In this document: in pieces, positions 18,086 through 26,446 of the stretch
Layout of the letters: each line of letters starts with the position of its first letter
Numbering within the stretch: position 1 is the stretch's first letter
Origin: Mageeibacillus sp. UBA1255
Lineage (GTDB): Bacteria > Bacillota > Clostridia > UBA1212 > UBA1255
Assembly: GCA_002308795.1 (NCBI GenBank)
Contig: DBVV01000008.1
Coordinates: 25,540 to 62,505 of the forward strand
Direction: 5' to 3'
DNA: 36,966 nt
The notes under the pieces: generated by a model
Database searches by the model: none
Told to the model about the DNA's origin: nothing
The model's input: only the letters and a program-made list of their open reading frames with translations
Program-made: the position numbers and the translations under genes

Positions 18086-19759
18086 ATGGAAGGCACAAAA
18101 GGCGGAAAATACAATATCGTTGAAACTATATGCAGCGAAAGAGCGTTTCGCGGGATCGACACTTCTGTAAACCGTCAGGTTTTTATAAAGAAGTTCAAAC
18201 CGGATGACGAAGCGTTTGAAAACGAGAAACGCAGCCTGATGTCGGTTACAAGTCCGCACGTTCCGGAATTTATTGACGAGTACAGCGACGAGAACGGAAA
18301 ATATATTGTCACCGAATGGATACCGGGGTTAACGCTCTACGAATTCGTACATACTGAAGGGCCGCTCGATGATGAAGCGACAGGCGAGATAATTATAAAA
18401 ATATGTGAAGCTCTGTCGTTTTTCCACTGGAACCGCCTTGGCGCAACAGCTTTCCTGGATCTCAAACCGTCGAACATAATTCTCAGGAACTATGCCGGGT
18501 TTGACGTGAAACGAATCGACATATGCTTTGTGGATCTTGAAGCGGCGAGAGTCGTTTCGCAGGAGAGTGCCTCTTCCGTTCCCGGTAAGGAGAGCGATGC
18601 CGGGGCGGCAAGGAAAACGCTGCGCCTTGGAAGTCCGTATTTTACCGCGCCGGAGGTGCTTTTCGGTCAGAGCTGCATTCAAAGCGACATTTATTCGATA
18701 GGCGTGATGGCGGGATATATGATCACCGGGCGCGAAGAGTATCCGTCTGCATACGCGATACGGGGATTCTGGGGAGAATTCATTGTCCGCTGTACCGATC
18801 CGGATCCGGGTAAGAGATATGCCGGGGTCAGAAACGTGATCGACGCCGTCAGGGATCATCTGAGAACGGCGAGATCCGGGAAAAACGGAGGGCGTTCGAC
18901 GAACCGCTCCGGAACCGTCCAAGGGCGTTCAAAGCCGGATGACAGACCGGAATCGTCTGAAGTGCAAGGTGACGCGAGAGTTCAGAGGTTTATTAAAGAC
19001 ACTTTGAATTTCAGACGCTCGTGCATAATGGTCGAAGGGAATCCGTGCTTCGTGAGCGAGATGGGCAGCGCCGCGGCGGGGTCGGGATTCAGGACGGGTG
19101 TGTTTTCGCTTTCGGAACGCGGGAGAGAAAATCTTGAGTATTACTTTACCGGAAAGAAGGAAGATATGACGAACGTGGCCGAAAAATCACTGTATCCGTT
19201 CGTTTTCGATCACAGATCGATGTATCTCCACGGAAGCGACGAATGGACTGAAAAAGGGCTGCTGAAGATGTCCGGAGAGGGGAAAAGGCTATTTACGGGA
19301 ACGTTCAAGCAATGTCTTGAGCTGCCGCTTCGGAAAAGCGAAGACGTGCGCAGATTCGTGGAATGGTGTATGACGAACTTCGATATAACGCTCATGAACG
19401 TTGAGCGTGGAGACGATCCCGCGCTGATAAACACACTGCTCGAAAGCTGTAACTACGTCGTGGCAACTCCCGATTCAAACGTCGAGGATATGGAGTCTTT
19501 CAGGAATTACTATCTAACTCTTGCGCAAAGCGGAAAGCTTGTATATTCAAAAGTCAGATTTGTTGCCTGGGACTATGCAGAACGTGAATCAAACCGCGAC
19601 AGCCTTTTCCGGATAGTCGGTAAGGACAAGTATTTAGGCGAGGTGTTTAAAAGTGAGGCCAGAGACAGGCGTAAAAACAGACTGGAAAACGCAGGTTCTG
19701 TTCTGGACGATCTTTCGGAGGGTCAATACGAGGATATACTTCAGAAGTTGATAAGCTGA
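18086..19759 (+). CDS. Atypical Ser/Thr protein kinase fused to a degenerate ParA/MinD-like domain
   Basis: Hanks motifs VFIKK, E (helix C), FLDLKPSNI, DLE in place of DFG, GSPYFTAPE, SDIYSIG and R. The C-terminal half has a ParA-like strand order (FDITLMNV, CNYVVATP) but no intact Walker A. No TM or PASTA domains. Confidence 0.75.
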   Translation: MEGTKGGKYNIVETICSERAFRGIDTSVNRQVFIKKFKPDDEAFENEKRSLMSVTSPHVPEFIDEYSDENGKYIVTEWIPGLTLYEFVHTEGPLDDEATGEIIIKICEALSFFHWNRLGATAFLDLKPSNIILRNYAGFDVKRIDICFVDLEAARVVSQESASSVPGKESDAGAARKTLRLGSPYFTAPEVLFGQSCIQSDIYSIGVMAGYMITGREEYPSAYAIRGFWGEFIVRCTDPDPGKRYAGVRNVIDAVRDHLRTARSGKNGGRSTNRSGTVQGRSKPDDRPESSEVQGDARVQRFIKDTLNFRRSCIMVEGNPCFVSEMGSAAAGSGFRTGVFSLSERGRENLEYYFTGKKEDMTNVAEKSLYPFVFDHRSMYLHGSDEWTEKGLLKMSGEGKRLFTGTFKQCLELPLRKSEDVRRFVEWCMTNFDITLMNVERGDDPALINTLLESCNYVVATPDSNVEDMESFRNYYLTLAQSGKLVYSKVRFVAWDYAERESNRDSLFRIVGKDKYLGEVFKSEARDRRKNRLENAGSVLDDLSEGQYEDILQKLIS

Positions 19760-19786
19760 TCAGGCCGGTCCGGGCGGGAGGTCGTT

Positions 19787-20524
19787 GTGAACAGGCGTCA
19801 ATCTTTATTTTTAAGGCAGCTTGGCCGTACGGCATCGATCATCGCGGATCATATTGACGGCAGCGGCGAAAAGAGCGGGGAAGAGATCATTGCCGACGCT
19901 ATCTGGAAGAGCATGTATTATTTCTGTAAAGAAGTTCGCGGTGAGCTTTCCGGAATGCTGAAGGGCAGTGCCACGAAGGATTGTTTCGAGGTGTCCGACT
20001 GGTTCGAGGATATGCGCCGTAAATACGGAAAATGCAGTGACATATTGACGTTTTGCCAGATACTGTGCTGCATATTCAGAACCGGACGCGCAAGCGAGGG
20101 GTCGATAGCGCTGAGGCTTCTCTCGAGGGCAGTCAGCCTTGCCGGCGACGGTGGTATCGCGTCAGATATGATACCGGTCTGGCAGTATATGATAAAGAAC
20201 AAGGCGGCATTTTTCAGCTGTTCGGATAACGGATGTGACTTCGGGAACGATGATAGAAATTATGACAGAAACGATGAAAAAAACGATGATAAAAACGATG
20301 ACAGACGTGACGACAGAATTGTCTTCGGCAGGATGCTGCTTTCACTATGCTGCTGCGCAGGCAATGATAAAAGGTACAAAAATCAGATGAAAATGATGTA
20401 CTTTTTTATAAACGCGTATGCGGCCGCGCCGGATGAAAGAGAGCGGATACTTGAAGCGGTGCATGCAGGCGCTTTAAAAGGAGACACAAGGCTTTTCTCG
20501 ACACTTGAAGCGGCATACGGCTGA
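19787..20524 (+). CDS. Hypothetical Cys-rich helical protein
   Basis: GTG start after GGGAGG; 245 aa; internal NDDR-type 12-nt repeats at about 20246-20317. Confidence 0.7.
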   Translation: MNRRQSLFLRQLGRTASIIADHIDGSGEKSGEEIIADAIWKSMYYFCKEVRGELSGMLKGSATKDCFEVSDWFEDMRRKYGKCSDILTFCQILCCIFRTGRASEGSIALRLLSRAVSLAGDGGIASDMIPVWQYMIKNKAAFFSCSDNGCDFGNDDRNYDRNDEKNDDKNDDRRDDRIVFGRMLLSLCCCAGNDKRYKNQMKMMYFFINAYAAAPDERERILEAVHAGALKGDTRLFSTLEAAYG

Positions 20525-20572
20525 CCGGGCCGGAAAAGCAGTGCTATGTTTAATAACAAAGAGGATCAAAAA

Positions 20573-23086
20573 ATGGACAAGAACAGTAAGAAAAACAATA
20601 AAAACACGAAGATATTTACAAAAATAAGACTGACAAGGCTCATAGCGTTTACCGCGGCGATGCTGCTTTTCCTTTCCGGGATCAGTTTCCCGTTTGCGGC
20701 GAAAACTGCGAACTGGACGAGCCGGCTGGATGATCTTACTGGTTACGGAGGGGCAGAATACTATAAAAAAAGCGGCTACTACGTAAATATCTACGGCCAA
20801 GGCGGCGTGATCGAGGAAGTCCGTTACAAAGCGGGCGGGAGCAGACAGCGCGTATATTATCTGACGAATACGGATACGGGAGAAGAGCAGACTGCCTACT
20901 GCCTCGCGTCGGGACTTTCATTCAGCACCGGAGCGGGATACGGATCAGATCCGGATAACGGACAAGTTTTTGCGGAATATTATGAAAATTTACCCGCAAG
21001 CGCAAAAGACGGGATCGCGTTTGCTTCTATCTACGGTTTTAACGAAAAGAAGATGTCGCTAAACGGCCCCGGACCGGTCGAGGGAACGCTTGGCAGCGAT
21101 TTCTGGATGGCAACGCAGTGTATCATCTGGGAGTATCAGCAGGGGATCAGAACTGACGCAGGGCTGCGCAGATCAAAAGGGCAGATTGCAGCGGACAACT
21201 ATTACAGTATCGTTAAGGATAAACCAGCGGAAAAATGCTACGACTATCTTTTGGATCTCATAAAAGAGGCATCGTCCGTTCCGACTTTTGCAGCGGTCAA
21301 TGAATCAGGCTGGGACAAAGTTGTGGAATTGTCCGAGACTGCTCCGGAGTCAGGTTTCTACGAGTTGAGAATATACAGCAGAACGACGGTGCTCCCGGGC
21401 AATTATTATGTGACGGACGAGGCAGGAGCCGTCCTTCCCGACGTGCAGCTTACTGTAGCGGGCAATAGCTTCAGGTTTACATCGACGCGCAAATATGAGG
21501 CGGGAAAACGGATCATTGTCCGCAGGCAGGAAGACGGAACAGACGAGGGTGCTGCCGTGTTTTTCGGTCCGGATGATCCCGGAAAGCAGACGATGCTGAG
21601 TACTGCGGGCAGGCTTGCAACACCGTTTAAAATGTATCTGTCTATTAAAACCATTGACAACAACGGTGAGAAGGTCAGGCTAGAGATCCGGAAGAGTTCG
21701 GGCGACGGTATCGTCGAAGGGGTGCCCTTCATATACGCCTGGAAAAGTTCGGATGACCGGTATTATAACAGGACTGTCTATACGGACGAAACCGGAATGA
21801 ATGCGGCCGAATTCAGGATGAGTATGAACCCGGGAGACGTGATGTCAAATTTACGTTATATCGCCGTAATGGAACAGCCATCCGACCGGTACGAATCTTC
21901 TTTAACGAGTGAATCGGGCAATATCGGTTTTTCTTTAGACGTTTTTTTCTGCAAAGGCGAGCAGAATGGAGAACTGGTCTGGAAGTATGCTTATTCGATA
22001 AATGAAGCAATTAGTATGTCTGCGGACGGGAAAGCATATCCCGGGCATCTGATCAACGTCGGATATGACCGTGAGAACAGCGTTATTTTCCTGGATTATT
22101 ATAATGATCCGCTTAAAGGGAAGGTGAAGCTGATAAAACAGTCGGAGACAGGATCTGCGGGAGGCTTTGTGTTCGAGCTTACGGGACAAGACCCGGAAAA
22201 CGCGGGCATCGTCATCAGGCAGACTACAGGCAGCGATGGCATAGCGTTATGGAACGACCTGCTTCCGGGAACGTATATGATCAAAGAAATTTTGCCCGCG
22301 CAGAGCGTCTGGGAGGAGCCGGATCCGGTCATCGTGACGGTAGAACCGGATAAGACCGCTACAGTGAACGTGCGAAACGTGCTTAAAAAAGGGATGATAC
22401 GGATAGTGAAAACATCCGAAGACGGCCTGTTTGACGGAATAAGCTTTGTCGTTGTGAATACGAGCGGTTTTTCTGTCACTGTTTTGCCTGACGAGGACAG
22501 TATTCAGGTGATAGACGGAGTTCCGGCATTCGTGGCGCTTATCGGCGGTCTGGAGCCTGGGACGTACACTGTCGTAGAGAATGCTCCCGCAAGATACAAA
22601 CAGCAGTACGGCAAGATAGTTTCAGTGGAATCGGGACGTACGGCAGAGGTCAGGTTCCACAACGAGTTAAGCGACGTGACACTTACAATTGTGAAATCAA
22701 TATACGCGGAAGAGTTTATTCCTGCGCACGGGGACGCGACGTTCATATTCAGGATAAAAGACGTTGACCGTGATAAGACGTATTACCGCGCGGTAAGTTT
22801 CGGCGCCGCTGATAAGCAGAAAGGGCAGAGCGGCCTTATTTCGAAAAGCATCTCGATACAGGGATTGCTGCCGGGCACGTACGAAGTGACGGAATTAAAA
22901 ACTCTCAGATATGAGTTAGAGTCGATCGAGCCGGGCGACGGCGTGACAGTAAGCGGTGCGAAAGCCGTATACGTGCTAGGCTCCGATCATATCAGCGCGA
23001 ACGCTGAATTCATAAACAGAGTGATCAATCAGGAAAAAACGACCGATACGGCTTTTTGTGAGAACCGTTTCGGAGGCGGAAAGTAG
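20573..23086 (+). CDS. Secreted thioester-domain (TED) adhesin with CnaB/SpaA-type domains and no LPxTG anchor
   Basis: Signal peptide; AYCL (Cys at 20900-20902) plus TQCIIW motif; four CnaB-like domains (K..SEDG start, L.PGTY...E, terminal N). Ends TTDTAFCENRFGGGK with no TM. Start 20573 (after GAGG) or 20546. Confidence 0.82.
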   Translation: MDKNSKKNNKNTKIFTKIRLTRLIAFTAAMLLFLSGISFPFAAKTANWTSRLDDLTGYGGAEYYKKSGYYVNIYGQGGVIEEVRYKAGGSRQRVYYLTNTDTGEEQTAYCLASGLSFSTGAGYGSDPDNGQVFAEYYENLPASAKDGIAFASIYGFNEKKMSLNGPGPVEGTLGSDFWMATQCIIWEYQQGIRTDAGLRRSKGQIAADNYYSIVKDKPAEKCYDYLLDLIKEASSVPTFAAVNESGWDKVVELSETAPESGFYELRIYSRTTVLPGNYYVTDEAGAVLPDVQLTVAGNSFRFTSTRKYEAGKRIIVRRQEDGTDEGAAVFFGPDDPGKQTMLSTAGRLATPFKMYLSIKTIDNNGEKVRLEIRKSSGDGIVEGVPFIYAWKSSDDRYYNRTVYTDETGMNAAEFRMSMNPGDVMSNLRYIAVMEQPSDRYESSLTSESGNIGFSLDVFFCKGEQNGELVWKYAYSINEAISMSADGKAYPGHLINVGYDRENSVIFLDYYNDPLKGKVKLIKQSETGSAGGFVFELTGQDPENAGIVIRQTTGSDGIALWNDLLPGTYMIKEILPAQSVWEEPDPVIVTVEPDKTATVNVRNVLKKGMIRIVKTSEDGLFDGISFVVVNTSGFSVTVLPDEDSIQVIDGVPAFVALIGGLEPGTYTVVENAPARYKQQYGKIVSVESGRTAEVRFHNELSDVTLTIVKSIYAEEFIPAHGDATFIFRIKDVDRDKTYYRAVSFGAADKQKGQSGLISKSISIQGLLPGTYEVTELKTLRYELESIEPGDGVTVSGAKAVYVLGSDHISANAEFINRVINQEKTTDTAFCENRFGGGK

Positions 23087-23131
23087 ATCCCGGTACCGGT
23101 AATACCGGCTGAAAAATCCGGAGGAATTTAA

Positions 23132-23701
23132 ATGAAATATGGAAAAAGAAGAGGCCCGGGAGCCGTTTTTGTGAAAATTTTCCGGGTCATAGGGAGAATC
23201 GTCTTTTTCAGCATCCCGATAATATTGCTGCTGGTCATCATTTCACAGGCGTCAGGCGTCAGATATATGTGTGTACTGTCGTCGTCAATGGAACCGGAAC
23301 TGCCACAGGGCAGCCTGATCGTTGTTGTCCCGCGAAGAGCCGAAGAGATACGCACCGGTGATAATCTGACGTACTTCATATCAGGTAATTACGTCACGCA
23401 CAGGGTCGTACGGATAGACAGGGAAAACAAAAAGATCATAACAAAAGGGATAGCCGGAAAACTGGAGGACGCTCCGGTACCGTACGGCGCGGTAAAGGGA
23501 GTCCAGAAACTGTGTTTCCCGGGGCTGGGAAGACTGGCGGAGAAGCTCGGGACCGCCAGAGGAAAAATAATAATATTGTCGGCTGCGACGGCGATTTTTA
23601 TTGCTGTGATCATTGCTGACATCATCCTGGGCAGGCGCCGCAAAACAGCGGCAAATCAAATCGATCTGACTGCATATGCAGCGGAAAATAATATTTTATA
23701 A
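23132..23701 (+). CDS. sipW: Signal peptidase I, ER-type (S26B)
   Basis: N-terminal TM, VLSSSMEP (Ser), VTHRVV (His), TKG box and C-terminal TM; adjacent to cognate substrates. Confidence 0.88.
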   Translation: MKYGKRRGPGAVFVKIFRVIGRIVFFSIPIILLLVIISQASGVRYMCVLSSSMEPELPQGSLIVVVPRRAEEIRTGDNLTYFISGNYVTHRVVRIDRENKKIITKGIAGKLEDAPVPYGAVKGVQKLCFPGLGRLAEKLGTARGKIIILSAATAIFIAVIIADIILGRRRKTAANQIDLTAYAAENNIL

Positions 23702-23712
23702 GGAGGCTCATT

Positions 23713-24420
23713 ATGAAAAGGAGCGAAAAGATCATCATCGGAATTCTGACAATAGGCTTGCTGGCGGCTTTGGCGGTTGGAGGCACCCTTGCTTATATGA
23801 CAGACTGGGAAAACAAGGAAAACACGTTTACCGTAGGGACCCTTGACGTTTCACTTGAGGAAAAGAACTGGGAAGAAGACGGCGAAGACGTTGTCCCGGG
23901 CGACACGTTTGATAAAGACCCCGTCGTTAAGGGTGTGGCGAACGACAGCTACGTACGTATGCGCGTTATTATCAAAGACAGTGCGGGCAATATTATCACT
24001 GACGCGTCAAGGTTGTCCCTTATTAAGAGCATGATAAGATACGACAGCACGTATGATGCTGCCGCTCAGAAAAGCGGGACAGTGATCGTAGCGGGAGAAT
24101 CGTATTCTTTAGCTGACGTGGCTGCGATGCCCATGGTAAACCCGGATTTCACCGAGGAGGCCACAGGAAAGAACGGCGAATATTGCTTTAACTACAGCAA
24201 AGTGCTCAATGACGGCGACAGCGTTGCTCTGTTTACGAACGTCGTTGTCCCCACCGACTGGTCGCAGGTACAGCTCGATAAAGTCGGAGCGTTCAAGATC
24301 GACGTGGTAGTCGAGGCCATCCAGGCAAAGAACTTCAGCGGAGCAGAGGCGGCTTTTGAAGCGCTTGACAACGAAATAAGCGCCGGAACTATAGTGAAAA
24401 ATTATGACTCCGGCAGATGA
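23713..24420 (+). CDS. SipW-dependent TasA/BsaA-like fibre subunit (probable major subunit)
   Basis: Signal ...VGGTLA|YMTDWENKENTFTVG; VVPGDTFDKDP.V motif; C-terminal EAIQA; strong RBS TAAGGAGG. Confidence 0.85.
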   Translation: MKRSEKIIIGILTIGLLAALAVGGTLAYMTDWENKENTFTVGTLDVSLEEKNWEEDGEDVVPGDTFDKDPVVKGVANDSYVRMRVIIKDSAGNIITDASRLSLIKSMIRYDSTYDAAAQKSGTVIVAGESYSLADVAAMPMVNPDFTEEATGKNGEYCFNYSKVLNDGDSVALFTNVVVPTDWSQVQLDKVGAFKIDVVVEAIQAKNFSGAEAAFEALDNEISAGTIVKNYDSGR

Positions 24421-24459
24421 CCGGATGATATTTAAGAAGCGGATCGATCATCGGATCGG

Positions 24460-24517
24460 GTGAGCGGGATGCGGCTGCCGGGAAGGCAGAAATACTTTTC
24501 CGGCAGGATCCCGTCAC
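24460..24517 (+). other. Intercistronic stem-loop after the first TasA-like gene
   Basis: GTGA.CGGGAT/ATCCCG-TCAC outer stem and CTGCCGG/CCGGCAG inner stem; no T-run. Confidence 0.55.
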
Positions 24518-24550
24518 GGCGGCAGCATAATATCATGGAGGAACCGGATC

Positions 24551-26446
24551 ATGAAAAAGATTTACTTTATTGCACTTTCGGTGCTGATCTGTACTTTTGT
24601 CGTTTGCGGTATGCTAGCCGCCGCGGATTGGTACAGGGAGGACAGGACAACAAATACTATCTCCGTAGGTAATCTGAGCGCGGAAATAGTTGATATATAT
24701 GAACAGGACACGGTGGTAATGCCGGGTGACGCGGTCGATAAAGTTGTTTCGGTTAGAAATGACGGGGATTCGGACGAAATAGTGCGGGTGAGGATCACCG
24801 GAGTCTGGACGGACAGCGGCGAACTGATCGAGCACCGTCATCTGGCGTGCGAAATAAATGACGACGACTGGCTTTTCGACGAAGGAACGGGTTTTTATTA
24901 TTATACTTCCGTCCTTTCGCCGGGAGAGGTCTCCAACCCGCTTTTAAGATCGTTTTCTATCGACGGACCCAACGTGAACAATTATTTTTCGATGAGGCCA
25001 GGAACTATCACGATAGCGATGGAGGCTGTTCAGGCGGCGGCCGGGGGCGTTTCGCTCTGGGAAAAGACAAACGAAGACCTTATGATAGAGTACGATGAGC
25101 GCCCGGAAAACGGCGAGGACAATGAATCCGGTGTCGAGTTCAGGGGCGATCGGGAGGGATTTGACTTTGGTGAAAACAGCGACCTGTTTTCGTCTTTTAA
25201 AAACCTGCTTCCCGGGCAGACGGTGATACAGAGCATCAACGTTGGCAACACACAGAGTGAGGGAACGGAGATCTTTTTGAAGGCGGAATGCGGCGATAAA
25301 GAGAAAGACGAACTTCTCTGGAGGCTGCTTTCCGGTTATACTGATATAGAAGTAAAAGCAGACGGACGAACCGTATACAGCGGTCCCCTTTGGCGAAGTG
25401 AAGAAGATGAAACAGAAAAGGCGGATCTGCGCGCCTTATCGCCCGAAACGGGATCCGGTGCGGACAACACGTCTAAACCGCCGGAGGAACTTTACGGAAA
25501 CGGCATCAGTCTCGGAACGGTCGCGGCAGATGCAGGAACTCAGATAACGGTTGAGCTCAGGCTTTCACCCGAGGCAGGCAATGAATTTCAGGACCTTTCC
25601 GGGGACGTTGACTGGATCTTTTATGCCAGAGGCGGTGAACGCGAACCTGTACCTCAGACCGGCGACAATGACGTGAGCTCGTTTTTAGTTTGCATGATCG
25701 TTTCCGGCATTGCCTGCCTTGCATTGGTACTTATCCATACTTTTGCGTCCGGAAGGAACAGGAAGAACGGAGGCGGGACGAATGCGGGACGAAACAAGAG
25801 CGGCTACGGTAATATACCTGTCGTGATCGCAGTGGCGCTGACAGCGGTGATCGCAGCGGCGTTGACGACCGCGGGAACACTCGCGTTTATGACTGATACG
25901 GAAACGGCCGGAAACGAAATAAAGGCCGGGACACTTCAGATCGACCTCACCGAACCGGAGTATACGCCTGGCAAGGTCCTCGAGCCAAACGCGGCGGTGC
26001 ATAAAGATCCCACGGTCACGAATGAAGGCACGGTGCCGATGCTGGCTTTTATACGAGTCTGCATCCCAATGAAAAAAGTAGCGACTGTTGACAACGTCAC
26101 TAAGATGATCATACCGGCCAGAGAGCAGGAATTGTTTTCGTTCGAGGCTGACGGTAACTGGATCCTTCTCGAAAATCGTGAGGTTTCCGGGGACAACGGC
26201 GCAAAATATTCTTGTTATGTTTACGGTTATTTAGCGAAAGCGCTGGATCCCGGCGAATCGTCAGTGCCGCTGTTTGAGGAGATGCGGTTCGTTAATCTGC
26301 TGGAAGGGGAACTTGAATATGCGTCCGAGCTGGATATACCCATAAGCGCTTTCGGCCTTCAGGAGAAGCATTTTTATGAAGGTGAAAGTATGGAAAACAG
26401 GCTTTTAAACAGTTACGCTAATTACGTGAAGGAGGCATGGAAATGA
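24551..26446 (+). CDS. Composite protein: TasA-like domains, VPQTG sorting signal and TM, then a second SipW signal and TasA-like domain
   Basis: N-terminal signal then NTISVGNL, VMPGDAVDK.V.V.N.G, FYYY...L.PGE, EAVQA; second domain LLPGQ; VPQTG at 25649-25663 followed by a TM and RNRK; then IPVVIAVAL...AGTLA|FMTD (25813-25897), KDPTVTNEG and L.PGE motifs. Confidence 0.8.
   Translation: MKKIYFIALSVLICTFVVCGMLAAADWYREDRTTNTISVGNLSAEIVDIYEQDTVVMPGDAVDKVVSVRNDGDSDEIVRVRITGVWTDSGELIEHRHLACEINDDDWLFDEGTGFYYYTSVLSPGEVSNPLLRSFSIDGPNVNNYFSMRPGTITIAMEAVQAAAGGVSLWEKTNEDLMIEYDERPENGEDNESGVEFRGDREGFDFGENSDLFSSFKNLLPGQTVIQSINVGNTQSEGTEIFLKAECGDKEKDELLWRLLSGYTDIEVKADGRTVYSGPLWRSEEDETEKADLRALSPETGSGADNTSKPPEELYGNGISLGTVAADAGTQITVELRLSPEAGNEFQDLSGDVDWIFYARGGEREPVPQTGDNDVSSFLVCMIVSGIACLALVLIHTFASGRNRKNGGGTNAGRNKSGYGNIPVVIAVALTAVIAAALTTAGTLAFMTDTETAGNEIKAGTLQIDLTEPEYTPGKVLEPNAAVHKDPTVTNEGTVPMLAFIRVCIPMKKVATVDNVTKMIIPAREQELFSFEADGNWILLENREVSGDNGAKYSCYVYGYLAKALDPGESSVPLFEEMRFVNLLEGELEYASELDIPISAFGLQEKHFYEGESMENRLLNSYANYVKEAWK

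Noticed and set aside
17696-18162. ORFs 17696..17914 (+) and 17716..18162 (-), or a c-di-GMP riboswitch / IS remnant in this gap
   Set aside because: The ORFs lack an RBS and motifs; I could not find the c-di-GMP-I (GEMM) consensus, paired terminal repeats or transposase similarity by eye.
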